Shown here piece by piece: positions 1-14,265 of a DNA stretch of 64,000 nucleotides. Positions within the stretch are counted from its first letter, which is position 1; each line of letters begins with the position of its first letter. Source of the stretch: the human T2T-CHM13v2.0 reference genome, Homo sapiens; assembly GCF_009914755.1 (NCBI RefSeq), contig NC_060930.1. One strand, given 5' to 3'. A program made the translations under genes and the position numbers. The notes under the pieces are model-generated. The model did not search any database and was not told where the DNA came from. It was given only the letters and a program-made list of their open reading frames with translations.

Positions 1-659
1 CTCTTTCCTTTGTTTCATAGTCGCTTTTCATTTAATCATTTTCTAAGAGCTTACATTTTTGCTCAATTGAAGATTATCCCATAACTAAGTGATGCATATA
101 CAAATACTCAGTGCTGGGAATTATTTCTCTTTAGAAGGAGAAGCAGAAATTAAATATTTAGGCTTTTGCAAAATGGCTTGTTTCTTTTGTTCAAAGTGAT
201 TATGTATCCCATCAGAATGGAACGTGGATTAGGTGTTTGAATGCTTTGTGCCTCAGGCTTTTTTACAAATACATGTTACTAAATGTAAAAATAACTTCTA
301 TTTTTCCAAACTAATTAGTGAGATTTCAGGACACATTGTTCACTCACAATTTTTTTCCCATGGCTTACCATTAATCTCTATCTGAATTACTGACTATATG
401 ATCAATGAAGATTAAACATACAATAAAATTTGTTCCTGGAATTTGCCTTACTTATGGTTAAAGCATTTGTGTTGTGAGGAAAGCATTTTTTTTCCACAGA
501 CACTAAAGTGTTCAGTAATTGATAGCCATCTGAATGTTATCTCTTTAAGGCTTTAAAGAAACATTTAAAATCTGAAATTGGAGGCAAATTGGGGAAATTC
601 TGTTTTGTATCAATGAGTTCTTAATGCTTACTATGTACATCCTCTCTCTCCATATATAT

Positions 660-830
660 ATTTAGTTTTAATAACCCCAATGATGGAAGTATTATTATCT
701 TCATTTATTAGATAAAGAAGCTACAACTTACAGAGATTTGGTAACTTTCAAAATCCATCTAAGACACATAACTTTTAAGTGATTAACCTTTATTTGAACC
801 CACGAAGCTTTCTCATGGACCCAGAGCTCC
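660..830 (-). mobile_element. MIR SINE remnant
   Basis: Degenerate MIR core in reverse orientation (attattatcttcatttattagataaagaagct...agagatttggtaacttt...tttgaaccca). Confidence 0.55.
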
Positions 831-965
831 TACAATAGTGCTATGTGATTCACTTCATTTCTTCAGCGCTTCTGACATTCTTTTTGACCATCATTAAGCT
901 CATAAAAAGGAAATTTAGTTAATATTCTATTATATATGTTAAGAAATGGAAAGATTGTTATATAT

Positions 966-1792
966 TATAAACCAAAAATAAAATTCTAAGGCCCCTCAAC
1001 CATCCAAACGGACTTTTTCCTCAGCCAAAGCACTCAAGTTTAACCAGAAAGACTGACTTAAGTCATGATGGGAAGTGGGGGTTGGACATCTCTTATTATA
1101 CCTCTCCATCATTAACATCAACACATACTTTAAGTCTGATAAAAAAACATCTTACAACCTATTCTTTCTGAAGCCTACTAACTGAAGGCTTCCTCGGCAA
1201 ATAAGAACTTTGATCTCCACAATCCTTTATCTCAACACATACATTTCCTTTCTATTGATCCCAAGTCTTTAGTAAAGTCAACCAATTGTCAACCAGAAAA
1301 ATTTTAAACATGCCTATAGCCTGGAAGCCCCCAATTTCCAGTTGTCCCACCTTTCTGGACCAAACCAATGTATTTATTAAATGTATTTGATTGAAATCTC
1401 ATTGGCCTCTTCAGTCCCTATGTAGTGGCCTGGGATTCAATCTGTGAGGTGGGGGGCCTGTAATCAGGACTCCATCTTGCTTTGCTTTTTTTTTTTTTCC
1501 TCCATTTTTTTCTCTTTTTGCCTGATTAAATTGTGCTCTACTTACCCTTCAGTGTGTCTGCATGCCTAAATTTTCCTGGTTGTGTGACAAAAGCCTGGTT
1601 TTAGCTGAACTAAGGAGCAAATTCTGCAACATCATGTCTCCCTAAAATGTGTAAAACCAAGCTGCACCCCAACCACCTAGGGCATATGTTCTCAGGACCT
1701 CCCAGGGCTGTGTCACAGGCCAGGCTTACTCATATTTGGCTCCGAATAAACTTTTAAAAATATTTTACAGAGTTTGACTCTTCTTATTGACA
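966..1792 (+). mobile_element. ERV1 solo LTR, MER4 family (MER4B/D-like), interrupted by a second LTR fragment
   Basis: Starts TATAAACCAAAAATAAAATTCTAAG (MER4-type TGTAAACC... start) and ends AATAAA...AGAGTTTGACTCTTCTTATTGACA. 4-bp TSD ATAT at 962-965 and 1793-1796. Confidence 0.85.
1403..1631 (+). mobile_element. Short ERV1 LTR (MER61-like 3' part) nested in the MER4 LTR
   Basis: Begins TG and ends GGTTTTAGCTGAACTAAGGAGCAAATTCTGCAACA. TCAT repeats at 1399-1402 and 1632-1635, and the MER4 sequence resumes after it. Confidence 0.75.
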
Positions 1793-1995
1793 ATATAAAT
1801 GCAAAAACGATAAAGAAGACAAAGTATTTTAGCTTTGTAATATAAAACTATTTTGTTACTGTTAAATTTGGATTTATTTTTGTTTCTGACCAATTATTAA
1901 AAATAATTCATATTTCATTAGCACTCACAGGTGAGTGTAAACAGGTTCAGGTTATGTGGAGAAATGAAGAGGTCAGTTACTTAAAAATTCACTGA

Positions 1996-2518
<523 letters not shown>

Positions 2519-3061
2519 TTATAAAAGAATAGTCAACTTGCAAATGTAGAAAACCTGACCTCAGAAAAGGAAACATTCTTGTTTTCATCCAATGGGAGAC
2601 ACTGAATCAAATGATAAAAATATTTCTATATAAACAGAAAGTTCGTATTGAGCAGACAAAAATGTTTAATCAGACGTTTCCTTGATCTGGTTATTTACCT
2701 CCTGTTACTTCTCATTCTTGCTTTTCGATTAGAATCTCCATTTCTCAGTTACCATAAAATGAAGAAACAACAGGTCCTGAAGAAAAGTTAAGAGTATCCT
2801 GAGCACTTAATATGTTACCCTCTGTAAATAAGTGCATTTGACTTTTGGCTTTATGTATCAGTCTTTTCTAAGGGTGGCTAAACTGACATCTTTTCTGTAG
2901 GCCCAATACCTTCAAGATGTTGATTGGAAATACATTTGCAGGTTTGCAAGTCAGAGTGCTTGACACTGGACCACTGTGATTTCACTCTGGACAACATTCT
3001 CCTGGCTTCTCCAGGCACCTTTCTTCTGTCTCAGGAGTGATTCCGAAGTGGTGTGTTCTAA

Positions 3062-3734
3062 TAACATGGGAGTTTCCTGACCCTCTTATGGATGTGTGAC
3101 AGTGGTGTGGCTTGTTTATTCAGCTCAAACTCCTTAGGGAGAGGGAGCATGCAAATGAGCGGGTGCAGGAGCCAGTGTGAGTGTTTTGGGCTCCGGCCCC
3201 ATGGCAGTGTCTAGGGGTGTTACAATGCCTTTTTAGCCCTGCCATCCGGGAATGGCTTAAGTGTTAAATAGCTCAGTGAAGAGTCAGTGTGACAGTCTTT
3301 TTGGGTTCCTGCACCCAGTGTGTCCCGAATTTTTGTCCAGTGTCCAAAAAGAATCGGGTCACACAGACTTGAAGGATGGTAAATATGGGGATTTTATTGA
3401 GTGATGGAGGTCGCTTTCAGCAGCATGGGTAGCTGGAGAGGGGATGGAGTGGGAAGATAATCATCTTCTGGAGTTCAGCCACAGCAGAACTCTGGGTGTT
3501 CAGATACTCCCCCTCTGCTCTCCTTCTCTGCAGCTCTGCCACTCTTTTGCTTGTGAAGCCTGGGGTTTGTGGTTTATATGGGCACAGGATGGGGAGTGCA
3601 TAGCAGGCCAAAAGACAATATTTGGGCATGAAAACAGGAATGCCAGTTCACATTTAGGGCCGCAAGTCCAGGCTTGAAGGTGGAGCCCTCACCAGGAATC
3701 CCAGCCTCCTGCCTCCTGTCTCCTGTCCATATCT
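3062..3734 (-). mobile_element. ERV1 solo LTR, LTR1/LTR27/LTR28 group
   Basis: Minus strand starts AGATATGGACAGGAGACAGG (consensus-like TGATACGGACAGG), with CCCATATAAAC TATA-like box and AATAAA. Probable TSD CTAA/CTGA. Confidence 0.75.
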
Positions 3735-4469
3735 CTGACATTTGTGAAGCAAATCATATGTAATTTTGTTATTAGTAATAAAGTGTTAAAGTTTGGTAAA
3801 TAATTTAGTTTTTACAAATTAGATTGGGTCTAAGATTACTCATATAATAATATCATTTTTGTGTTTCAGTAAGCCATTTTTGAGTTGAAAAAAATATCTG
3901 TGGAATTAAACCATATTTAGAGTTTAGGAAACTCTATACCTTGCTTGTCACACTTCTGGTCCAAATCATGAGCCAGAAAATGACATAGGAAATATTTGGG
4001 ACTAAATCATGTACTATCATACCATTTTTAAATACTGATATCCCCTAATACTTTTATAAAAGCTTTCTTTATAAGTTAAAAAAAAGAGAGAGAGAGATAA
4101 ATTCAGAAAAAGGTATATGTGTAACCTAAAGATAGTAGCCCTAATATTAAGCCTTCTAAATGACTTATGAGGACAGATTTTGTGGAAGAGATAGTGTTAC
4201 ACAAATGCAGGGTGCCTAGAGCAACAGTCTATTTCTTCTCTCATTGGTTGGTTGGTTTCTGTTAGTGTTTTGATCACATCACAGATTTTTCAATAATTCC
4301 TCAAGTCGGTATAGATAATGCACTACTGCACTACAGGAATTTAAGGGTAAAGAGAAATAAATAATTCACTCATTATGAAGCCTTCATTAGTTTCTCTTTT
4401 CAAAGCCTCCATTACGTTTGCTCCCTTTCTTTTGTCAGTTACAATTTGTATTGCAAACCAGCCACTTAT

Positions 4470-4600
4470 GGACTTATTTCACCTGTCTTTGAACTGTAAG
4501 CTCCTTAGGGACAGAGCCTTGATATTATTATTTGTATTGCCTTATAGAAAGCTTTGCATGCAGTAGGCACACATTGGTACTCATTGAGTAAATGGTGTCA
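4470..4600 (+). mobile_element. L2 LINE 3' end remnant
   Basis: actgtaagctccttagggacagagcc...catgcagtaggcac...tgagtaaatg, typical of the L2 3' terminus. Confidence 0.6.
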
Positions 4601-5024
4601 TTCATATTAATTTAAATAATCATCACAATAATTAAAGGCTGGGGAAATCTATTATAGTGGAATAATTTAAAATTTCAAAATAAATAACCAGAATCCCTAA
4701 GAAACCATTTTTATTTGCTTGTTTGGTTAATTTGGCAACTACCTTTCTTAATATAGTTAAAGTATTGCTTTGTATAAAATATACACTTGAAATAATTAGT
4801 AAATAATCGTTAATGTTACAACTGAATGTATTAAAAATATATTAAACATATTTTAAAATAATCATAAAAGTCATACAGTAATAAAATTTTTAGATCAAAT
4901 TGATTTTATATGATTTTAAAATTCAGGAATATTCAGAAAATCTTATTTAGCCAATACTTTTCTTCTGCAATTTTTACTTGGACTGATAGGAGCTAATCAA
5001 ACATGTTTTATTAGATTATAAAAG

Positions 5025-5200
5025 TAGTATGAAGAAAAGGGAATTATACTAGAAATAGGACACTTGGCTTTTAATCTTTATTTTGTAATTAACTGGTGAT
5101 GTGACTAGAGCAGTTACTTAACATCTCTGAGACACATATTACTAAAATGGAATGATGGTAGACTGATAGTCTATGGTTTTGCAAAGTGTGGATGTTGGTG
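5025..5200 (+). mobile_element. MIR remnant
   Basis: tgtgactagagcagttacttaacatctctgag...taaaatggaatgatg MIR core. Confidence 0.6.
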
Positions 5201-5368
5201 AGTGAGGTAAAAGAATTGTCTTTGATACTAGCTGCAGTCTTCTGATGTATATAATAAATAATTAGAATAAGATGCAGAAAACAAAGCAAGTTTTACAAAG
5301 TGATTTTAATTCTAAATGGAAGTGATACAGTTGTTAAGATGTTTTATTCTTGAAAATGATGTGAAATT

Positions 5369-5693
<325 letters not shown>

Positions 5694-5954
5694 TTAGGAT
5701 GAAACACCTACATACAACACCCAAATTACGAAAGAAATATTTGTAATTCTGATTTCTTTAACATAGGCTTCTCCATCATTTCCTCTGGGATGAACATAGC
5801 TTTTTTTTTTTTTTTTTTAACAACTCAGCTACATGTACATCTTCCTCAGTGGAACAGTCATCCTCTAACAAGAGTTTCTATAATGTGAATGCACAGCAAA
5901 CAATAGTCTCCTTAATTTCCATTATAAAAGTTTTATACCACCAGAAGTAAGACG

Positions 5955-6712
5955 ATATAATATCTTTCAACAAATATCCCTGGAATAATTGCATATTCAT
6001 ATGCAAGCAAAAGAACTTCAATTTATACCTTGTATCATATACCAGGATTAATTCAAATTCAGTCATAATCCTAAATGTAAAATTTAAAATTAGAAAACTT
6101 CCAGAATAAAAAAACAGAATATTGTGTTAAGTAATATTTTTTAGATATAATATCAGAAGTATAATCCACAAAAAGACAAATTACTTACATTAATGTCGTT
6201 ATAATTAAAAACTCCTGCTCTTCTATCGAGCAAATAAGAGAGAAACCACAGAATGGGAGGAAATATTTACAAATAATAAATTTGATAAAGGATTTGTGCC
6301 ACCATATATAAAGATATCTCAAACTACACAGGAATACAACTCAGCAATAAACATAAATGAATTTGACACAAACTACAATGTTGATGAATCTCAGAATAAT
6401 TAGTCTGAGTGAATGAAGCCGGGCAAAAAAGAATACCTACTAGATGATTCAATTTATGTAAAATTCTAGAAAATTTAAATTAAAATATGAGAACAGAAAA
6501 CAGATCAGAGATTGCCTGAGGATGGGTGAGGAGTGGTGAGAAGTAAGAGCTACAAAAGAACATAAGGAAACATTTAAGAGAAATTAATATGTTCATTATC
6601 CAGATTGTGGTGGTTCCGTGAATGTGTACAGATGCCAAAACTTACCAAATTGCACATTCTTACTAAGTACGGTTAAGTACAGTAAATTGTACTCTAATAA
6701 AGCAATTAAACT
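5955..6712 (+). mobile_element. Old L1 (L1MC/L1MD-like) ORF2 3' part and 3' UTR
   Basis: tctttcaacaaat...atcctaaatgtaaaa (ORF2), then gatgaatctcagaataatt...ctgagtgaatgaagcc...acagatcagagattgcctg...aataaagc (L1M 3' UTR). Confidence 0.75.
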
Positions 6713-7049
6713 TTTTATGAAGTGAATTTAAAACATAAGAAAACTTTTTAAAATTTCCTTACATATTTCAGCTCATTCTGATTACTCCTTGTACCATACT
6801 GTAACAAAGTTAATATTAAAAAACGGAACAAACCATAGTCCCTCACTTTAAAGAGCTCAAAACAGTGGAGCACTTCCACTTTTGACTAGCAGGCTAGTGA
6901 GCTAGATGCTTTAAAAATGATATAATGCTACAATGAAAATAGATTCTAGATAAATTATAATTTGTTTCTTACCCAGAAACAATAGACTAGCACTCAATAG
7001 TGTAAAAAAAAAAACAAAAGGAAACATACAAATAGATAAATGAACACAC

Positions 7050-8088
7050 AGATGAAAGTAGAGCCATGAGCTATAGATGACTTTAAAAGCATGAAGAGGT
7101 GGAGGCCAACCTTTGAGCCCCATGAATGGTTGAGAATACATACCTGAGAATCTTCAGTTTAAGTTGTGAACTTAAGACTCTTCCAACAGGCCTAGACCCT
7201 TGAAGAGAGTACCCCGATAGTGATGATATGGGGTAGAAAAAAAATCCACTAAAAAATAGATCTTACCAAGAAATTGGTAATTTTCAAGGTGACTACAGGG
7301 GAAAATATTAATAATTCTCTTTACAGAAAATTTATAGCTAGTAGCCTGCTCTCATACAGGTCTGGTGTTCAAATATTCGCTAATTATTTAGTCAGGGAAA
7401 CCCCAAGCTTACATTGTGTTCCACAAAATATGTTCTCCCAATAAGAAAATACATTACCCAACATAGGAGGGAGTAAACCATCATAATTGAGCGTCAGAAG
7501 AACAATACACAATTTCTCATATTGAAATTACAAGGTAAACCGTAAGGAATTATTTTTCAAAAGTGTAAATTATAAAACATAGAATGAAAAATAACAAGGG
7601 TATTGGTAACTATTTAAAATAGGTAGATACTTTTCTAAAGAAATATATATTTTATATGCAAATATGCAATTAATAAACTGACAAGAAAATCAGTGGATGC
7701 ATTGAATAACAGGTTACAGCCCCCTGAAAAAAGGAATAATAAGCTGAAAGATAAAACTGTATATCTCTTATAAATGATGACAGAGAAACAATAATATGGG
7801 GAATTTTTTAAAAAGTTGTGAGACTTAAAGGGTACATTGAGAAAGTTTGTCATATATCTAATGAGAATTCCAGAAAAATGAAGAGAATGGGAAGAACCAA
7901 TATTCAAAGTGATAAATGCTGGAAATATTATATAACAAATAGAAGTATAGACCAAATATAAAAATCACTATGTATACCAAGCAGAAAGAAGTAAAAGAAA
8001 TCTATATGTAGATACATGGAGGAGAAACTTCAAAATACAAAATAGAACAGAGAAGATCAAAATAAGAGGAAAAAGACCAACACACACA
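7050..8088 (+). mobile_element. Ancient L1M ORF1-region remnant, continuing beyond HSMAR2 at ~9590-9960
   Basis: A-rich decayed ORF1-like sequence (catatatctaatgagaattccagaaaaatgaagagaatgggaagaaccaatattcaaag...). Confidence 0.55.
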
Positions 8089-8276
8089 TACAAGGGAAGG
8101 GTCTTCAAAAAATTCATGGAAAATTCATATTATGGAAAAACTAGGCATGGATTTCAAAAATTTTTTGCACTAAAATAAACTAATTCTAACTTGCTATAAC
8201 TTATCTGAACAGGATCTAGTTTGATGCACCGAAAAGAATAAGGCATCAGTTTAAAAAGATCCCTTATCAGAGCTAC

Positions 8277-9480
8277 ATGAATTCTGCTAAAGTTGAAGCA
8301 AGAGCAAATATCAAATTTATGAAGCTTGAGCAGAAGAATGGTGCAATCATTGATGCCTTACAGAAAGTTTATGGGGACAATGCCCCAAAGAAATCAGAAG
8401 TTTACAAACGGATAATTCTTTTTTTTTGTCTTAATTTGTATTTTTAATAGAGACAGGGTTTCACCGTGTTAGCCAGGATGGTCTCGATCTCCTGACCTCG
8501 TGATCGGCCCTCTTCGGCCTCCCAGAGTACTGGGGTTTCAGGCGTGAGCCATCGCGCCCAGCCAAACTCGTTTTTTTTTAAGTGACAAGAAGTTGAAGAT
8601 CAAGTCCACATAGGCAGACCATCCACATTCGTTTACAAGGAAAAATTCATCTGATTTGTGCCTTAATTGAAGAGAACCAACAATGAACAGCACAAACAAT
8701 AAATAACACCATTAGACATCTCAGTTGGCTTATGTTACACAATTCTGACTGAAAAATTAAAGTTGAACAAACTTTCTACTTGATGGAGCCAAAACTATTG
8801 GACCAGATCAGCTCTAGACAAGAGCAGAGCTTTCAATGAAAATTTTAAACAAGGGAAATAAAAATAATGAAGCATATCTTTAAAGAATTTTGAAAGAAGA
8901 TTAAACAATGCTCTATAAGCATGATCATGATCCTGAACACAGAGCACAATCAAAGCAATGGCTACCAAGAAGTGGAAGTGGTCCAGGCAAAGCACAAGAG
9001 CAAAAGTCAAGAGTAAAGATTATGGCAAAAGTGTTTTGGGATGCTCAAGGTATTTTGCTTGTTAACTTCCTGAAGAACCAAAGAATAATAACATCTGCTT
9101 AATTATGAGAGTGTTTTTAGAATGTTAGCCTAGTGTTTAGCAAAGAATCTTCCAGGAAAGCTTCACCAGAATCTTTCTCTACCATGAAAATTCTCCTGCT
9201 CATTCCTCTCAAAAAAGGCAATTTTGCAAAAGTTTCTGTGGGAAATCATTAGGCATCCACATGGCAGTCCTGATTTGGCACCTTTTGACTCCTTTTTTTC
9301 CTTAAAAGTCTTAAAAAAATATTTAAATGGCACCTGTTTTTCTTCAGTTAATAATGTATAAAAAGACTGCATTGACATGATGAAATTCTCAGGACCCTCA
9401 GTTCGTTAGGGATAGAATAAGTGTCTGATATCATGACTTATGAAATTGTCTTGACCCTGATGGACAATTATTAAGAACTT
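8277..9480 (+). pseudogene. HSMAR2 transposase pseudogene
   Basis: Frameshifts, stops and an Alu insertion. Catalytic motifs are degraded: GDETW reads ED*TM, HDNAPAH reads HENSPAH, YSPDLAPSD reads GSPDLAPFD. Confidence 0.85.
8419..8563 (-). mobile_element. Alu left monomer only (AluY/Sc diagnostics), inserted in HSMAR2
   Basis: GTGTTAGCCAGGATGGTCTCGATCTCCTGACCTCGTGATC. Poly(T) joins directly to the middle A-rich linker. Flanks AATTCTTTT and AACTCGTTTT look like a TSD. Confidence 0.9.
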
Positions 9481-10032
9481 TATGTGAAGAAATAAAGTTT
9501 ATATTTTTTATCTTTTAATTCAATTTTTCTATGAAAATTTTGAAGTTCTGTCATTTGTATGTATGTGTATACATATATGAATACAAATAAAATTTGAGTG
9601 ACAGATGATTTTTCAACAGCCATGAACCAAGGTAGTAGTGTTCAAGTTATGTTCTGAGAAAAAAATGAAGTGCCAGCCTTGTATTGTATCCCTGTAATCT
9701 ATCTTCAGAAAACAGAACAAAATACAATTATTTTCAGATAAAAATATATTAAGAGATCTGACCATAATGATACTCTTGAGAAAAAGCTTCTAAGGGGTGC
9801 ACCTTATTAAAAAAGACAATGACCCTAAAAGTAGGAAAAAAGTTGGCAAATATATAATTAAATCCATGTAAATAGTCTCTGTAGGGTAATAAAAATAATG
9901 TCTACAAAGCAAAGAAAACACACAATAAAATGCTAGACGGCAGTATTTTTTTTTAGTAGGAAGTGACATAATGTGTCCAGGAGTTTCTTAACCCTTCCTG
10001 AACAGCAAAGGACCTTACTATACTTCAACTAG

Positions 10033-10420
<388 letters not shown>

Positions 10421-10469
10421 TTGTTGTTTTTAATGTTATATATTTCCAAAGAAAACTTAGATAGGAAAA

Positions 10470-11650
10470 GGCCTCCAATTACTTTTATAAGCCTACTTTT
10501 ACCAGAAACAGACCCTAAAAAGTACAAGAAAAGAAAACTATAGGCCAGTCAGATTAATAAAGATTCAGAAATCTTACATAATGAAAGTATTAATATAATG
10601 CAAACTTTGGCATATAAAATCTACTAATGTATAAAATATATAATTTATATCCTGACCAAGGGGTATTTGTTTCATTAATGCAGGAAAGATTTAGCATTCT
10701 TAATGCAAATTATATATTATGTAGAGTAAAAGAGGAAAAGTCATAGGATTACTCAACTGATGAAAAAAAAAAACACTCATTTGAGATATTTCAACCCTCA
10801 TTCATGCAAACAGACATTTAGAAAAGTAGAAAAAGGAAGAAATTTCCCTAACCAAATGAAGGCTTTTCATCAATAATATTAAGCAAAGCATCATAGATAA
10901 TGGTGAATCCTTAGAAGAAATCTATTTAATGTCAGGATCAAAACAAGGGCATCTGGTATCACTGATTCTAATCTATCACTGCAACACAAAACAAAAAGAA
11001 CAAAGAACTAAAAAGAAGAGTTATAATGAGGACTGCCACAATGAATAACTCTAAGGGGAACATAATATGCAATGTGAATGATGCCTCTGGAATGTACAAT
11101 AAAACAGGCCTGATTTTAAGATAGGAAAAAATTAGGTAAAATTGCCATCATTCAGAGATAAATGATTATCTGTAAAACAACCCAAGCTATCCACACAAAC
11201 TGTTAGAAATAATAATAGGCTTTAGTTAAATCAATGTACAAAATGAATAGTATTCATACAAGCAACAATAATTAGAAATTTTAAAATAATAACAGTAATA
11301 AAACATCCCATTTTCAAAATTATATATTGCTGCAGAATATTTCTATCAAAAAGTACAAATTTATCTGGAAGGAGAAAACTATAAAACTTATTTAAAAGAT
11401 ATTTACTAAATAAAAAGATAAGGCATACTTACAGGTAGGAAGACTTAATATGATAAAGATATCCGTTCTTCCTAAATTAATATATATACATAATGTAATT
11501 ATTTATAAACTTCCAACAGATCTCTTTTTCTAAATAGAGATCAGTTGGTCCTACAATTCATATATAAAAGTAAATAAATCATAGCAATGAAGACAATTTT
11601 GAATAAGAATAGAGGACTAGATAGCAACACTTACAAAGATGTAGCATTAG
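10470..11650 (+). mobile_element. Ancient L1M ORF2 remnant (RT region)
   Basis: aaagaaaactataggccagtc, aactgatgaaaaaa...catttgagatatttcaacc, tcaggatcaaaacaaggg, ggaagacttaatatgataaagat match L1 ORF2 landmarks in order. Confidence 0.75.
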
Positions 11651-11741
11651 TACAAAAACAAACACACAAATATATGTATTCATATATCTTTGCTGTAACA
11701 TACATTTGTATATACAACATATGCTAAAATATATATGTGTA

Positions 11742-14152
11742 TGTATTATTCCATTTTCATACTGCTGTAAAGATACTATCTGAGACAGAGTAATTTATAA
11801 AGAAGGGAAGTTTAATTGACTCACAGTTCTGCATGGCTCCGGAGGCCTCAGGAAATTTACAATCATGGCAGAAGGCAAAGTAGAAGTGGAAACAAGATAT
11901 GTCTTTCTTACATGATGGCAGAGGAGAGAGAGAGAGAGAGAGGAAGAGCCACACTTAAAACCATCAGCTCTTGTGAGAACTCCCTCATTATCATGAGAAC
12001 AGAATGGGGGAAACTGCCCCCATGATCCATCAAATCATCTTCCACCAGGTCTCTCCCTTGATACATGGGGATTACGATTCAAGATGAGATATGGGTGAAA
12101 ACACAGATCCAAAGCAAATCAGTCCACCTCTTCCTTCTCCCAGAATTCAATATACTTTTTACATTTGGAAACCAATCATGCCTTCCCAGCAGTCCCCCAG
12201 AGTCTTAACTCATTCCAGCATTAACCCATTGGACCCAAAAGTCCAAGTCCAAAGTCTCATTTGAGAAAAGGCAAATGCCTTCCACCTATAAGCCTATACA
12301 ATTAAAAAAAACCACAAAAAACAAAAAAACCCCACCAAATTAGTTACTTCCAAAATACGATAGAGGTACAGGAATTGGGTAAATGCTCCCATTCCAAAAA
12401 GGAGGAATTGGCCAAAACAAAGGGGCCACAGGCCCTGGCAGGGCACTCAGTAAATCTTAAAGGTCCAGAATACTCTCTATTGACTCCATGTCTCACATCC
12501 AGGGCATGCTGATGCAAAGGGTGAGATCCCAAGCCTTGGGCAACCCCGCCCCCGTGGCTCTGCAGGGTACAGTCTCCCGGGTGGCTTTCATGGACTGGTA
12601 TTGAGTGCCTCCAGCTGTTCCAGGGTCACAATGAAAGCTGTCAGTGTATCTATTATTCTTGGTTTTGGAGGAGTGTGGCCCTCTTCTCACAGCTCCAATA
12701 GGCAGTGCCCCAGTGGGGACTCTGTGTGGGGACTCCAACCCCACATTTCCCCTTTGCATTCCCCTAGTAGAGGCTGTCCATGAGGGCTCTGCCTCTGCAG
12801 TGAACTTTTGCTTAGACATTCAGTCATTTTTATACATCCTATGAAATCTAGGTGGAGGTTCCCAAAGCTCAACTCTTGTCTTCTATGCACCCGTAGACCC
12901 AACACCACATGGCAGCTGCTAAGGCTTGAGGCTTGCACCCTCTTAAGCAATGGCCTGAGCTGTACCTTGGCTCCTTGTAGCAAATAGCTGGAGCCGGAGT
13001 GACTGGAATGCAGGGCACCAAGTCCCAAAGCTGCACAGAGCAGCAGAGCCCTGGGCCTGACCCAAGAAGCCATTTTTCCCTCCTAGGCCTTGGGCCTGTG
13101 ATGGGAGGGGCTGCCACAAAGATCTCTGACATGGCCTGAAGACATTTTCACCATTGTCTTGGCTATTAACATTTGGCTCCTCATTACTTATGCAAATTTC
13201 TGTAACAGGCTTGAATTTCTCCCTCGGAAAATGGAGTTTTCTTTTCTACCACATGGTCAGGCTGCAAATTTTCCAAACCTTTATGCTCTGCTTCCCTTTA
13301 AAATATAAGTTCCAATTCCAAATCATCTGTTTGTGAACACATATAACCGAATGCTTTCAGAATAAGCCAGGTCACCTCTTGAATGCTTTGTTGCTCAGAG
13401 ATTTCTTCTACCAGATACTCTAAGTTTTCTCTCTCAACTTGAAAGTTCTACGGATCTCTAGGGCAGGAGTAAAATGCCTCCAGTCTCTCCGCTAAAGCAT
13501 AGCATGAGTGACCTTTACTCCAATTCCCAATAAGTTCATCATCTTCATCTGAGACCATGTCAACCTGGACTTCATTGTCTATATCACTATCAGTGTTTTG
13601 GTTGAAACAATTCAACAAGTCTCTAGGAAGTTCAAAACTTTCACTCATATTCTGGTCTTCTGAGCCCTCCAAACTGTTTCAACCTCTGACTGTTACCCAG
13701 TTCCAAAGTCAATTCCATATTTTCAGATTATCTTTATAGCCATACCCTACTACTTCAGTGCCAATTCTCTGTATTAGTCCATTCTCACACTGCTATAAAG
13801 AACTACCTGAGACTGGGTAATTTAAGAAGAAAAGAGGTTTAATTCACAGTTCCACATGGCTGGGGAGGCCTCAGGAAACTTATAATCATGGTGAAAGATG
13901 AAGGAGAATCAAAGCATGTCTTACATGGTGGCAGGAGAGAGAGAGAGAAAGATCGAGGCAGTGCTACACTTAAGACCATCAAATCTCATGAGAACTCCCT
14001 CACTATCATGAGAACTCCCTCACTATCATGAGAACAGCATGGGGGAAACCACCACCATGATCCAATCACCTCTCACCAGGTCCCTCCCTCAACATGTGGG
14101 GACTACAATTCGAGATGAGATTTGGGTGGGGACATAGAGGCAAACCATATCA
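11742..14152 (-). mobile_element. Full-length THE1 (THE1C/D-like) ERVL-MaLR: LTR 11742-12121, internal 12122-13769, LTR 13770-14152
   Basis: Two direct LTRs (TGTATTAGTCCATT...AAACCATATCA on the + strand) flank ~1.65 kb of THE1-int. 5-bp TSD GTGTA/GTGCA. Confidence 0.95.
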
Positions 14153-14263
14153 GTGCATGTATGTATATGCATATGTGATACGTTTATATATCATTATATA
14201 CTTGTGTGTGTACATATATGTATATATATAAAAAAATGTAGAGAGATATATAGCTATAGGTAT

Positions 14264-14265
<2 letters not shown>

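Larger units (their letters stand above)
8089..9554 (+). mobile_element. HSMAR2 mariner DNA transposon, near full length, decayed
   Basis: TA plus left TIR-like GGGTCTTCAAAAAATTCATGGAAAA and right TIR-like TTTTCTATGAAAATTTTGAAG. Transposase starts ATGAATTCTGCTAAAGTTGAAGCAAG (MNSAKVEAR). ORF 8908-9102 (DPEHRAQSKQWLPRSGSGP...KIMAKVFWDAQGILLVNFL) is mariner transposase, and an SPDLAP motif lies near 9267. Confidence 0.93.

Noticed and set aside
12344-13739. Cluster of 60-128 aa ORFs, also at 62728-63987
   Set aside because: All lie within THE1 LTR or internal sequence and are fragmented MaLR remnants or chance frames.
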